Of a stretch of DNA of 64,000 bases, positions 15,633 through 30,524 are shown in pieces; the first letter of the stretch is position 1, and every line of letters begins with the position of its first letter. A model generated the notes under the pieces. The model saw only the letters and a program-made list of their open reading frames with translations, had not been told where the DNA came from and searched no databases. A program made the position numbers and the translations under genes. The DNA comes from Octopus sinensis (Eukaryota), in contig NC_043009.1 of the NCBI RefSeq assembly GCF_006345805.1, positions 51,460,001-51,524,000 on the forward strand, given 5' to 3'.

Positions 15633-16175
15633 GAGTGAGAGATCAGTGCATACAATCAAAGTGACACTGGGGTAAAATATACGAAGCCCAGTATACCCAT
15701 CATGACTACCCGTCTGATAAGGGTACACTAGGCACATGTATCACAACCATATGTGCGCGACATGGTGATCTCATATCAAAATAAACAGCACATGACCTTG
15801 TAGGTGGGGCCCAGTTAGAATTTTCTTCAGGTCGAGTAACCCATCCCACTTGAAAGGTCCCTGAATAAGGGTTGTTTAAGGATGTTGAACGATACACCCA
15901 TGTTTCCAGCGGTGAATTATTCAACCCCCAAAGAATCCCTCTCAACACATGGCTATGATGCTCCCCCACTACTTTTACTCGTGATCAGAGATGCACATAT
16001 CGTCAGCCACTAAGGGACATGCTCAACTGGTTAAAGTCAAACAACTGACAAGCAAATCTGTGGTATTGAGCAGAATATTTGCTGTATCCCATCTTTTATA
16101 CCAAGACAAAACAATGTACATGATAACACTTCCAATCAGTTAAGATCAGAAGCCATGAGAGCCACTGCCTGGTAC
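15633..16175 (-). mobile_element. Unclassified ~540-bp non-coding element embedded in a (TAA)n array
   Basis: Sharp GC-richer island with no credible ORF, flanked by (ATT)n on both sides. On the minus strand it ends CTCTCACTC + (AAT)-like tail. Confidence 0.65.
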
Positions 16176-16238
16176 TATTATTATTATTATTATTAACATT
16201 ATTATTATTATTATTATTATTATCACTATTATTATTAC

Positions 16239-16273
<35 letters not shown>

Positions 16274-16466
16274 GCATATAATATAGTATCAATGACGATA
16301 GTAAAAACAAAACAACAACAACACGGAATTACTTGGAAATGCACGCATATTGCGTAAAGTACTGTCTGTCTGAGGTCCTTGTTGTAACTTGATAAACAGT
16401 ACATACCCCCGGTAGACAAAATATCCTCAATCAACAGTCTCACGATATTGTATACTGTGTAACATC

Positions 16467-16551
<85 letters not shown>

Positions 16552-16552
<1 letters not shown>

Positions 16553-19081
16553 TGCAGCACCAACGGCAGAAGAATTGGAAGAATTCTGGAGAGAAATATG
16601 GTCGGCGAACGAACAGCCAAAAAAAAGGAGTATGAAAATAACAAACTCGGCATCTGAACAACTTTGGACCCCCATAACAACTGAAGAGGTTACCCAGGCA
16701 CTGCAAAAACTAAGCAACTGGAAGGCACCTGGGCATGACAAGATCCCCAACTTCTGGTTGAAATATCTAACAGGAATGCACAAAAAGCTGGCTGAAAACT
16801 TTAACAGCATACTAGCAGAGCCAGAGACAATGCCTGAATGGCTCACGAAGGGGAAAACCATCTTAATTCCCAAATCAAATGAAACAACAAAACCAGAAAA
16901 CTACAGACCAATAACCTGCCTCCCTACTATGTTCAAGGCATTTACTGCAGTGATATCGCAAAGGCTGAACAAGCACCTGGACGAAAACAAACTGTTCCCA
17001 GAAGAGCAGAAAGGATGCCGCAAGGGCTCATATGGCTGTAAAGATCAACTAATGATTAATAAAGCCGTAACTGAAGACAGCCACAGAAAGAAGAAAGGCC
17101 TCAGTATGGCCTGGATTGACTACAAAAAGACGTTTGATAGCATCCCCCACACATGGATCCTCGAAACACTAGCCATTAACAAAGTAGCACCAACAATCAT
17201 AAAATTCATAGAGCACTCTATGAATAAATGGCAAACAGTCCTACACCTCCAAACAAAAGAGGGACTCATGAAAACCAAAGACATCCCCATTAGAAGAGGA
17301 ATATTCCAGGGAGACACGCTCTCTCCACTCCTTTTCTGCTTGGCACTGTCACCTCTATCTTGATATGCTAAATAGAACTGGATGCGGATATAAATGTTAC
17401 GGCAAAACGATCAGCCACCTTTTATATATGGATGACCAAAACTATACGCTGCAAATGACAAACAGCTGGAAACACTATTAAAGACAGTTCATGGATTTAC
17501 CAAAGAAATAGATATGAAATTTGGATTAGAAAAATGCGCCAAAGTAACCATGAAAAGAGGAAAACTAGTTAAGAGTAACAACATCACACTAGATAAAACC
17601 AATGAAATAAAAGAATTAGACCAAAGCCAAACTTACAAATACTTAGGAATCCATGAACTAGATAAGACACAACACACACAAATGAAAGAAAAAAAAAAAA
17701 AGAATATTATAGACGAGTTAGATCAATACTAAAAACAGAGCTCAATGCTAAAAGCAAGATAATAGGTATCAACACTTTAGCTGTCCCAGTTATAAGTTAC
17801 AGCTACAATATCCTTAACTGGACACGAAACGAACTGTCCAAAATAGATAGGAAAACAAGAAAAATACTGACAGGATCTAGGATGCATCACCCAAAATCTG
17901 ACATAGAAAGACTATATATACAACGTATAGAAGGTGGTAGAGGCCTTATACAGCTGGAAAACTACTATAAAATAACCACCATAGGACTGCAAAAATACCT
18001 ACTTCAGAAGGAAGGAAAACTGATCCAGATAGCAGCAAAACACGAGCAAAACAAAAAACTGTTCTCAGTATTAAGGAAGCTGACAAATACAAACAAGAAA
18101 TCATACCACCTAATAAACACAAAGAAGAAGAAGAAGATGATGAAGAAACAACAAAAGCTATAAAACAAATGAAATCCAAACTAAAAATAGAACAGCAACG
18201 AGCTATGATAAAACGATGGCAAGAAAAGCCCCTTCATGGTAAATACTGCACTAAAATAAACGCAAAAGAAATAGACAAAGAAAAATCCCAGCAATGGTTG
18301 AGAAGCTCAGGACTCAAAGCAGAAACAGAGGGATTTTTAATTGCAGCACAAGACCAAAGCCTCCCCACCAGAAATTACCAAAAACATGTAATGAAAAGAA
18401 ATATTACAAGTAACTGCAGAATATGTGGAGATGGACAAGAAACAATAAATCATATTATCTCTAGCTGCCCAGTCCTGGCTAAGAAGGAATATATTCACAG
18501 ACATGACAGAGTTGGAACCTACATACATTGGAAGCTATGCCAACATTATGGAATAACAACAGAAAAAAGATGGTATAGGCACACACCAGAAAAGGTCACA
18601 GAAAACGAGAAAGCAACCATACTCTGGGATATGCCGATACACACAGATAGAGAAATTAAGGCCAACAGACCAGATATAGTTGTCAGAGATCATGAAGAAA
18701 AAAATGCTTTCTAATTGATGTATCAATACCGGCAGATGACAACGTGTCTCTAAAAGAAATGGAGAAACTCTCAAAATACAAAGACCTGGAAATAGAGGTA
18801 ACTAGAATGTGGAATCTGAAAACAGAAACAATTCCTATCATAGTAGGTGCATTAGGCATGATAAAAAAATATTCAGACAAATACATAACAAAAACACCAG
18901 GACTTACAAACACATATAACATACAGAAAATTGCACTACTAGGCACTGCACACATCCTACGCAAAACACTTTCCATACAATAACCATCAGAGCATCACAA
19001 CAAATCACAGCACATACCCAAGGCACACAGAGCTTCGCTCGGTAGTGAAGTGAAAGCACGCTATAAAAATAAAACTACTGA
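16552..19081 (+). mobile_element. R4/Dong-clade non-LTR retrotransposon (RT + CCHC + restriction-like endonuclease), 5'-truncated and frameshifted, inserted in (TAA)n
   Basis: Consecutive ORF pieces give RT motifs (EFWREIW, NWKAPGHDKI, NYRPITCLPT, QKGCRKGS, AWIDYKK, RGIFQGDTLSPLLF, YMDD at 17425-17436), a CCHC knuckle (CRICG..ETINHIISSC) and an RLE domain (NRPDIV..K..KYKDL..E..W..PIIVGALG..LLGTAHILRKTL). About 5 frameshifts or stops. Flanked on both sides by (TAA)n. Confidence 0.95.
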
Positions 19082-19084
19082 ATG

Positions 19085-19145
<61 letters not shown>

Positions 19146-19937
19146 TAATAATAATAATAACAATAATAATAATAATAATACTGATAATAATAAATTTTTT
19201 AACAGAGCCAGTTATTTTTAGAGGAGGAAGGAGTCGATTGCATTGATGGCTGTGCTCGATTAGTTTTTATTTTATTAATTCCGAAAGATTGAAAAATAAT
19301 GTTGATCACGGGTAAAATTTGAACGCAGAAGGGAAAGAGCCGGAATAAATACCGTTAGGCATTTAATAATGGTGGTGATGATGATGATGATGACGAAGAC
19401 GACGACAAGTACACAAGAAATGTAGATTATAAAATATGGTGATTACTTCCTTACACGGGTATCTCGAAATTAGTAATAAACTTTGTTTGATTGATTCATT
19501 CTTCAATTGCAAAAAGATTGGCTTTCTTTTCTATAGTAAGCAATAGAAAGGAAACGCATCATTGCCAGTATAGTGCGGAAACAGTAAATATTTTATGATG
19601 TGGAAAAATATCGTTTAAATCAAACGATGTAGAGAATGGCGACCGTCTTAAAATTGTACCAAAGTATATGAAGAAAAATTAATTGTACATCAATGATGAA
19701 GTTAAAGCGCCAAGTTTATAATAAAATAAATGGAATTATACAGTTTCTTTTTAGATATAGTTGGGTAGAATCCAAGAATTGGAAAACTATTATTTAAAAT
19801 ACACGAAATTATTTGCAAGACATGGTATATGTGTTTCTTGGTGTTCGCTTAAGTTTTATTATAATTTTTTCTCGACTACTTTCTTCTCTCCTGCATTTTA
19901 CTGCGTTCATTCCTTCTCCCACCCGATTATCTGTCTG

Positions 19938-20023
<86 letters not shown>

Positions 20024-20298
20024 ATGTCTGCCTGTATATATGTTATAAATATATATATATATATATGTTATATATATATATATATATATGGAGATTACTT
20101 CCTTACACGAGTATCTTGAAATTAGTAATAAACTTTGTTTGATTGATTCATTCTTCAATTGCAAAAAGAGGGAGTGTTTGTCAAGGATAGGACTACACAG
20201 CCACAGCAGGGGATGTATAAGGATATGAAATGTAAAAGCCGGCTAGATTATTTTATGCGCAACTCCATTGTCTCCCGAGATAAAAAAGGATGCCAACA

Positions 20299-20332
<34 letters not shown>

Positions 20333-21144
20333 CTTTTACAAAATAATGTAAGAAGTACATTTACTAAACCCATTTTACCCCCCCCCCAGTTTCCCCATTT
20401 TCTCCTACTTTTCTGCAAACACATTTTATCACTATTAGTCTTTCCACAAACTTTACCACGTCTAGTATTTGAACAACATGTTAAAAATATAACGAAGATA
20501 TAAGGTAAACCAGTACAGTTATTTATACTAAATTCACTAAAGCAAAAGAAAAAAATACTATACGCTGAAATATTTATCAGAACTTACTTTATAAATATAC
20601 AATTTAGAGGAAAAAAATATATGTAATTTTACAATTTATAATTACATTTTCTTCAACGCAAAAGCTTTATCAATTTTTTTTCTCCTTCTAGTTTCAAAAA
20701 CTAAAAAAAACATCATCAAGTGTTTTAATAGTACATAGAGAAAGAAATATATATAATTGATTTTGGAATACTAAGTTTTCCGAAGCCAGAAATTTTATAT
20801 ACGACAAAACTTCCTAATGAAAACCTTAGAGTGGCGTTGATTTGTATTTTCCTTGGGGGTGTACAAGTATATATGAATACGTTGTTTGTGCCATATACGG
20901 TTTAGATAGTTTCACATACAAACTCACATACACTCACACATACATGCACGTAACTATTTTAAGCATTTTGCTAAAATTTCTATTCATGAATCTATATATT
21001 GATATAGACCTAACTTATATATCTTTGTGAGGATGGATAGTCATTTTTTCATATATAGATCTCTACCTCACTTTATCTATCTTACACTTACTGTCTCCCC
21101 GATCATTCACATATCCATCCATTTATCCTTCCATCTCTCTCTCC

Positions 21145-21147
21145 TTC

Positions 21148-21188
<41 letters not shown>

Positions 21189-21205
21189 ATCTATCTATCT
21201 ATCTA

Positions 21206-21244
<39 letters not shown>

Positions 21245-21290
21245 TATCAATCTATCTCTCTGTCTGTCTGTCTGTCTATCTATCAATCTA

Positions 21291-21324
<34 letters not shown>

Positions 21325-21345
21325 AATCTATCTGTCTGTCTGTCT

Positions 21346-21397
<52 letters not shown>

Positions 21398-21720
21398 GAT
21401 ATCTATCTATCTATCTAGCTATCTATCTTTCTATCTATCTATCTATCTATCTATCTATTTATCTATCTATTTATCTATCTATCAATTTATCTATCTATCT
21501 ATCTATTTATATATCTATCTATCTATCTATCTGTCTGTCTGTCTGTCTAGCTGTCTAGCTGTCTGACTGTCTGTCTGTATGTTTCTCTGTGTATATATCT
21601 ATCTATTTGTCTGTCTGTCTGTCTGTCGCTCTGTCATTTTATCCGTCTGTCTGTCTGCATATATCTATCTCTCTATCTACCAATCCGTTTGTCTCTCTGT
21701 CTGTCTGTCTATATATCAAC
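21145..21720. repeat. Compound (TATC)n/(TGTC)n/(TC)n array
   Basis: Direct reading. Confidence 0.95.
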
Positions 21721-22068
21721 CCATGCTGCTATCACTATATCTATATTTATCAGTCTATATATCTACGCTTGTTTATATACCACTATTAATACACGTAAAA
21801 CGACAGAAAAAAATAATGAAATACACCAATTACATTGAAATTACAATTTGACAAACCCGTCTGATTATTACGATCATGTAAATTCCAAATTGGATATAAC
21901 ACAATATACATTATTAGGTGGCAACATCTGTGAAGACTATGTTCTTTAGTATACACTTGGCAAATTTTCTATATTTTTATGTATTGTTTCTATCTTTCAT
22001 GAAGCAGCGAACGCACTCTAGAAGAAGCTCTATAATACTAACCGTGAAAATATACTAGTTCTCAAATA

Positions 22069-22414
22069 TATTTCTTTAATGTCCACAAGGAGCTAAAGAT
22101 AGAGGGGAGAAACAAGGACAGACAAAGGGATTAAGTCGATTACATCGATCCCAGTGCGTAACTGGTACTTTATTTATCGACCCCGAAAGGATGAAAGACA
22201 AAGTCGACCTCGGCGGGATTAAAACTCAGAACGTAACGACAGACGAAATACCTATTTCTTTACTATCCACAAGGGGCTAAACACAGAGGGGAACAAACAA
22301 GGACAGACAAACGGATTAAGTCGATTATATCGACCCCAGTTCGTAACTGGTGCTTATTTAATCGACCCCGAAAGGATCGAAAGGCGTGCTAACGTTTCGG
22401 CCAGCTCGCCGCGT
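22069..22414 (-). mobile_element. SINE A dimer with 18-bp TSD
   Basis: TSD TATACTAGTTCTCAAATA at 22051-22068 and 22415-22432. Same dimer junction; the first unit is internally deleted. Confidence 0.95.
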
Positions 22415-22685
22415 TATACTAGTTCTCAAATAGCTACCGCAAATTCTTCGTATATTTGTATTCGCGACTTATAAGCATTACAAACAAATCTCTAAAACGG
22501 TCGGGCTTAATTAGAATCAGATAGGTTATATATGCATCCCTAGAATTCACTATTCGATCCCGATTATGTATTACAGATTATTTCTTCTATTATATACGTA
22601 TCATATATATTAGCAATCTTCACTCTGGTTCTACAACATAATCCTTTCGAATGAATATATTTTGTAAGGTTATAATATATCCAGT

Positions 22686-23000
22686 GTGGACGCGCAATGG
22701 CCCAGTGGTTAGGACAGCAGACTAGCGGTCGTAGGATCGTGGTTTCGATTCCCAGACCGGGCGTTGTGAGTGTTTATTAAGCGAAAACACCTAAATCTTC
22801 ACGAGGTTCCGGCAGTGGGGTGGTGGCCATCCCTGCTGTATTCTTTCGCCACAAATTTCTCTCACTCATCCTTCTGATGGCCTGTTCGCTTAGCCAGCGG
22901 GGTGGCGTCATTTGAAGGCTACAACAATGCGAAGCGCATTGTGACCAGCGATGTGTAGCAACATCTGATAGCCTGGTCGGTCACGGTGATCACGGTGATA
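22686..23000 (+). mobile_element. SINE B head with alternative tail ending (CACGGTGAT)n
   Basis: tRNA-like head GCGCAATGGCCCAGTGGTTAGG, shared body to ~22870, then TTTGAAGGCT..TGTGACCAGCGATGTGTAGC..GGTCGGTCACGGTGATCACGGTGAT. Confidence 0.9.
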
Positions 23001-23394
23001 ATATATCTAGTAAGCGCTTTACCAGTACACAGATCACACTTCAACATATTTATAATATTGATATGTGACAATTCGTCTACGTTCGTATCTCTTTAACAGA
23101 TCTTGATACGCTGTACTGCATACTTATATATAACATGATGAAAGAGAAAAATAGTTAAGGCTGGATGCGAATTTAGAGTTACAGCGAATAGAACACAGTA
23201 ATTGTTTCCTTTGACATCTGTGTATCTCATATGCGTAATGTATTTGTATACACACACACACAAAAATACATACGTACGTACACACATACATATATAAATA
23301 CGTACATACGTACTTACTTACATACGTACATACATGCATACTGAGATACAACACACACATGCATATATGCACGTATATATACATATACATCTAT

Positions 23395-23433
<39 letters not shown>

Positions 23434-23438
<5 letters not shown>

Positions 23439-23620
23439 CTTTACTACCCACAAGGGGCTAAACACAGAGGGGACAAACAAGGACAGACAAACGGGTTAAA
23501 TCGATTACATCAACTCCAGTGCGTAACTGGTACTTAATTTATCGCCCCCCGAAAGGATGAAAGGCAAAGTCGACCTCGGCGGAATTAGAACTCAGAACGT
23601 AACGGCAGACGAAATACGGC
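23434..23620 (-). mobile_element. SINE A, 5'-truncated
   Basis: Family-A body and tail type 1. Confidence 0.9.
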
Positions 23621-23773
23621 ATATATATACATATGTACATATATACACATACGTACATCCATAAAGCCATACATACATACATACATAAATACACTTATAC
23701 ACACGTGTACATATGTTTGTTTATTGTCAATATTGGCATTCACGTTAATTTCTGTTATATCTCTTCTACAAAG

Positions 23774-23795
23774 GACACAACTTCGGTATTTGGAG
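23774..23795 (+). CDS. Candidate 22-nt microexon
   Basis: Long pyrimidine tract tatctcttctacaaag| and consensus donor GAG|gtaagt. All three frames are open. Confidence 0.3.
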
Positions 23796-23920
23796 GTAAG
23801 TGATTTCGGCCAAACTAATTCATAGTTCATAATCAAAACAATTTTCAGTTGCAGACTGTTTTCACCAAATTTGTAATACACATAGATTGGATGACATATT
23901 CTGAATATTAATGGTATATA

Positions 23921-24504
<584 letters not shown>

Positions 24505-25213
24505 ACATGAATGTTTCATATATAGTTTAACTAAAATCGAAGCATTGTGCTTATGTTTTAGAGAGCCGTAGTTAATTGTTGTTCAGAATTGCTCTCTGCG
24601 TCAGGCGTTACTGAGATAGATCCGACTGAATGTGGCCTTCAGAATCCGTTCTCTGTATAGCATGAACTACCCAAATTCGTTGAAAATAATTGAGCAATAA
24701 AACTAGTTGATTTGATAGACAGAACAATTTAAGACGAAGCCTCTGCATGGCCGCAGTCCAATCAGCGAAATAAGCGAAAGAATAAAAGAGTTATTTGTCT
24801 TATATTTCTCTTTTAGTGACTTGATATAAAACTTCGTTGATGTGTCTTCATTGTTAACCTCTGTACTCCATCTTAGTAACTGTGTGACAAATATAAAGAA
24901 ATCTTTACTTTTGTTCCGTTTGAGGTGGCGTTAATATATTTGATATGAGTTATATTTGAGTGGTTTAATACATATTTTATGTGTAGTTTTATATAACATC
25001 TTTGACATGTCTGAGATGTAATGCGTCTGATAGCTTTAAATGCACTTGATATTTAATGCGTGTAATAGCTTTAATATTATCGATTTATAATATATTTGAC
25101 AACTGTGAAATGATAATAATACATTTGATGTGTAATGTCTTTGATAGCTATACTGTGACTGATGTATATTATGTCTGATGTTTAGAGTCTAACGTTGTGT
25201 TTCTGTTTTATAG

Positions 25214-25259
25214 GCAATGAATGGCATGATATGGCTTATGTCTTCGTGAATTATGGAAT
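25214..25259 (+). CDS. Candidate exon (phase 1-2)
   Basis: gtttctgttttatag|NEWHDMAYVFVNYG|gtatga. Confidence 0.3.
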
Positions 25260-25937
25260 GTATGACGTGTAGCCATTGTATGAAAAATTGTATACTGAGC
25301 AGAAATTCTATTGATAAATCCAAAAAAGGAAACTCAGGCTTGTCTGTAGCTTCGTTTGACGGGATGAGTGCAGAAAAATAAACCTAAAAACAAAACAACT
25401 GATGATATGAGCTTCATGCAGTTGTTTGAAAGTGAGAGTTTCATATATTTAAGTAATGGATTGCGGAAAGTGGAAAAAAAAAGCGTACGAATAGATAGTG
25501 AAGTAGCGAACATTGCATGGTAATTCTAATGTCTCATGATTTATTTCGTTATATATCCTAGCCTAGAAATTTAAATTTTTAGAACACTGCTGCGATTATT
25601 TCCTTCGTAGTTTGTCTATAAGATAAAAAGAGAATATCAAAAAGAAAAACACTACAAGACAAGTAACTCAGTAAACTGAGTATTCAACAGTGTGAGTCAT
25701 TCATTGTCTGAAACAAATGATTTGCTTCATACGTAAAAGTTATAAAGTATATCACAATTATCCATCTCGGTTTCAAAGTTTGACAAAAGACCAGTAATTT
25801 CGCGGGTGGAGATAAGTCGATGACATCAACTCCAGTGCCTAGCTGGTCATTAACTACCGCCATAATAATGCACATAAAATTTGATCTTATAACTTTCCAA
25901 TAAGGAAGTCATGTACAAAATAAATTATGAGTTCCCA

Positions 25938-26455
25938 CAACGTCTGGAAGCCGTTCAGCGACGTGCAACCAAAAGAATACCCTCCATCAGGCATTTGCCA
26001 TATTCTGTACGCCTTACTTCCCTGGGCATGGACACATTGAAACTCAGACGTCTGGCAGCTGACTTGGCAGACACCCATAAAATTATCAACCATCTTACAA
26101 ACAATAACTCTGAGCACCTTTTCAAACTCCACCCATCTAACTCCCATGGACCTATTTACAAAGTCAGAAAACAGCACAGCTCCCATGACTTTAAGAAACA
26201 TTTTTTCACGCTGAGAGTTGCTGATGCGTGGAAAAAACTGCCGGCATCAGTTGTTAGTTGTCGGAGCACTGCATCCTTCAAAATTTCCAAGCTTTCTGAG
26301 ATTCGCCAACACTACACCTAATTTTCCCCCCTCCATACACACGCAAGCATGTATCTGACTCATACGTTGTTCGCTCTCCAGACATTTGTACATTACTGCA
26401 TATACTTTCTGACAAGTTGTGGTGCACCTGAGCACTGTATACAATAATTTCATTA
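25938..26455 (+). mobile_element. CR1-clade LINE 3' end (ORF2 C-terminus + 3' UTR)
   Basis: LEAVQRRATKRIP..Y..RL..L..TLKLRRL..DL...KI.....FF.LRV.DAW.KLP..VV......FK is the typical CR1 ORF2 C-terminal signature. Short ATT-rich tail. Confidence 0.9.
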
Positions 26456-26953
26456 TTTTTTTATTGTTTTTTTTTAAAAAAGCTCCAAACTATATTCAGA
26501 ACTATTTGTAAAATACACACACATACATTTGTGCAATGTCGATAGAGGAACAACTTGGCTTAGAATTTTTTGCGCGTTTATAACGAACACATTTTACATA
26601 TTTTGATAATTAGAAATAACATATAAAAAATACTAATGCTTAAAATATATCTAAGAGATAGCCTACAAGATTCATCTCTTTAAATAAGTTAGAACTTATA
26701 AATAGCAACCAAATATTTTCCGGAACAATGATCCTGTATGAACAAACATGCTGACCAATAAATTTTCTATCTACCTGCATACGCTTGCGAATATTAAAAC
26801 ATCTAAGAAATTTTCCGTACTAATATCACTGTGACATGCTAAGGTGATAACCAAAACCATCCCATTATAAACAGACGAAAAAATATACATGATACTAACC
26901 TGCCAGCTGACTAGATCTTACCACCTACTCACACGCAAAAACTGACATGAAAT

Positions 26954-27344
26954 CATGGATGGAAGCACTCCGTCGGTTACGACGACGAGGGTTCCGGTTG
27001 ATCCGAATCAACGGAACTGCCTGCTCGTGAAATTAACGTTTAAGTGGCTGAGCACTCCACAGACACGTGCACCCTTAACGTAGTTCTCGGGGATATTCAG
27101 CGTGACACAGAGAGTGACAAGGCCGGCCCCTTGAAATACAGGTTCAACAGAAACAGGAAGTAAGAGTGAGAGAAAGTTGTGGTGAAAGAGTACAGCAGGG
27201 ATCACCACCATCCCCTGCCGGAGCCTCGTGGAGCTTTTTAGGTGTTTTCGCTCAATAAACACTCACAACGCTCGGTTTGGGAATCGAAACCGCGATCCTA
27301 TGACCGCGAGTCCGCTGCCCTAACCACTGGGCCATTGCGCCTCC
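26954..27344 (-). mobile_element. Full-length SINE B with 13-bp TSD
   Basis: TSD ACTGACATGAAAT at 26941-26953 and 27345-27357. The tail ends GTCGTAACCGACGGAGTGCTTCC. Confidence 0.95.
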
Positions 27345-27949
27345 ACTGACATGAAATAGCACACCTAGACACCAAGTTCAAAACAAGGGACTGAACTCTA
27401 AGATTTAAATTTCACATTTTCAAAACGAAAACAAAAGTTAACTATCCAATTAATATCTAAATAAATCCAACAACTACCAAACTAAATGATAGGCCTGATG
27501 CCCAACAAACTGCTTATTTTCCTTTGTGAACTCCTATGATCAGAAAATTACACACCTAAACATACAGAATTACAAAACTACATGATTGAATGAATTATAA
27601 TCATTAGCATTTCCCCATATTTAATGAATAAGAATTTTCCATTTCATTTTGGCACCACTGCCTACGATGCAGCTTAATTCACATTTAACAGAATTCAAGT
27701 TATTATAGGAAAATCTAACTATACAGAGGCTATATAAAGCCAATAGTGATTTGAATGAATTACAGGCCAATGATGGCTTCGCTGTCCGAAGCACTGGAGT
27801 CACTGCCATCTTTTTTTTTTTCTTGCTAAAGAATAATAAAGTTGTACACTGCCAAATGTATTGAACTCTACTTCGATTTCATGTAAAAGAGTTTTATAAT
27901 GTAAAAACAAGTAACAATACACACCGGCACACATGCGCGCGCACGCTCA

Positions 27950-28236
27950 TACATTTACAGAGAGAGAGAGAGATAGAGAGAGAGATAGTTAGGAAGCTAT
28001 ACAAACATATATATACGCATATATATATATTATATATTTACGTATAGTTATAGTGTATAGTTATCTATGCATATATATATATATATATATATGCATATAT
28101 ATATACATATTACATATATACATATGTAATATATATGTACATATGTATATATTCATATATAATATATATATATATATATAGATATATATATATATATATA
28201 TATAGATATATATATTATATATAGATATAGATATAG

Positions 28237-28315
<79 letters not shown>

Positions 28316-28800
28316 TAAACTATATATACGCTAGCACAAGCATACACATACAACTACAGCAACACGTACAGATTCATACATGATGACACACACACATACT
28401 TATATACTGGATGCTAAAATTTCAAATTTCTTTTAACTAGACGAAAGCAAAACTTGCTTTGATGATATAAACAAAAAGGGCTAAAATAGAATACCGCCGT
28501 ATGTATGTACGTATGTATGTATGTATGTATGTATGTATGTATGTATGTATGTATGTATGTATGTATGTGTGTGTGTATGTATGTATGTATGTATATATGT
28601 ATGTATGTACGTTTGCATATATATATGTGTGAGAGTGTGTGTGTATGTGTGTGCATACATATATGAATATGTATATGTACAAATATATATACACAAAGAT
28701 GGATGTCTGTATATATTTACATTCCTAATATATATATATATATATATATCTATATATATATATATATAATATACATATATATATATATTATATACATATA

Positions 28801-28832
<32 letters not shown>

Positions 28833-28881
28833 CATATATATCTTATATATATATATATATAATATAATATATATTATATAT

Positions 28882-28914
<33 letters not shown>

Positions 28915-28960
28915 CACGCTCACATATGTGTGTGTGTTTGCGTTTGAGTATATGTATGTA
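27950..28960. repeat. Compound (GA)n/(TA)n/(TATG)n arrays
   Basis: Direct reading. Confidence 0.95.
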
Positions 28961-29557
28961 TATAATGTAGATGATACGAATTAACATCACAGTAAAAATG
29001 ACACAAAGAAAACCGCATCAGGAAAAATCAGCAGCCACGTAGGCCATAACAGTAGCGAGAATGGTTGGCGTTATCAGCAGTAAGAAACATTATTAATAAT
29101 ATTAGCAGAAAACACTACTGTAACTACGCAAACATTCATAAAACGAAAAAAGAAATATGAGGAAAATAGAGACGAAATCCAAGGAATTATTTAGTCCATA
29201 ACAGCAGTAACAGAAACTTCAAACACCTGTTCTATGTGTGAACACACTGAGAGAGAGTTATATTAAGCAAAAACTTACTCACTGAAGTGAAAGAGTTAAT
29301 CAAACGAAAGTTTGAAAATAAATAAAACATAACAAGAAAGAAATACGTCAATGTATTGTCGCTTCTATTTCCATTTGATCTCCAAATACTCTTTTATTTT
29401 TGCGAAAGACGTACCGTTTGAACGCTGAAAGTCAAGAATGAAACAGAAAAATAAAAAAAAAAAAATGCGAGAGAAAGACCCACAAAATGGCCCCCAAGCA
29501 GGGTCGATAGTTGCAAAGTAAGCTTGGAACATAAAGATAGATAAACTACTACTACTG

Positions 29558-29588
<31 letters not shown>

Positions 29589-29621
29589 CATCACCACCAC
29601 CACCACCACCACCACCACCAT

Positions 29622-29669
<48 letters not shown>

Positions 29670-29917
29670 TACTTCTACTACTACTACAGCTTTTTTCTCT
29701 ATATTGTTGTTTGACCTAACCAATCAGTGGGTACTGGATTAAGTTTGGTAAAAGTTGGTTTTGCTGTTTTATATTCTTCCTTATTTTCGTCTGCCGTTGT
29801 TGTTTCTCCGCTATAGGTAGATGAGTAAATAAATGAATTCTACATCATTGTGTCAGGTTTGCTAAATGTCTACCTATATTCCTATACAGGTTTTGCAATA
29901 AACTATCCATTCCTTTT

Positions 29918-30018
<101 letters not shown>

Positions 30019-30524
30019 TAATTGAACAATGCAATCATTACATCAATTTAAATACAGGAATATCTTCAAGAGCATGAATAAATAAATAAATAAATAAATA
30101 AATAGAATTAATTTAATCAGTCGGACACACTTGTATGCTTTTACCTAAATCCTCTAAGAGGGTAAGACGGCAGACAAAGTCCATGCTGTATTCACTTCAC
30201 CTGAGAAGCTACTAAGACAATAGGAAAAAATGTGATAGAGATCTAGCTTGTCACTGATTTGGGGGTCGGTTTTAATTTATAGTCTTGTTTATCAAATCTT
30301 TGTATATCAAAATCTAAGACTAAAGAGTATTGTCTGCTAGGAAAGGGCCTGAGGGATTTGACAGAATCATAAGGGGCGTAGTCATAAAACTTGTCGTGAT
30401 TAATTTGAAGTAGTATAATGTAACTGTCTATAATGAGGTTTGGTAAAGGGAGATCTTAAATCAAAATGTTAGTCATCAGTTTAAGTGGCAAGATTCTAAT
30501 GAAACCAATGATGATAATACAGGG

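Larger units (their letters stand above)
14160..16551. repeat. Cluster of (TAA)n/(TGA)n/(TAC)n trinucleotide arrays interleaved with inserts
   Basis: About ten separate arrays are directly visible. Confidence 0.95.
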
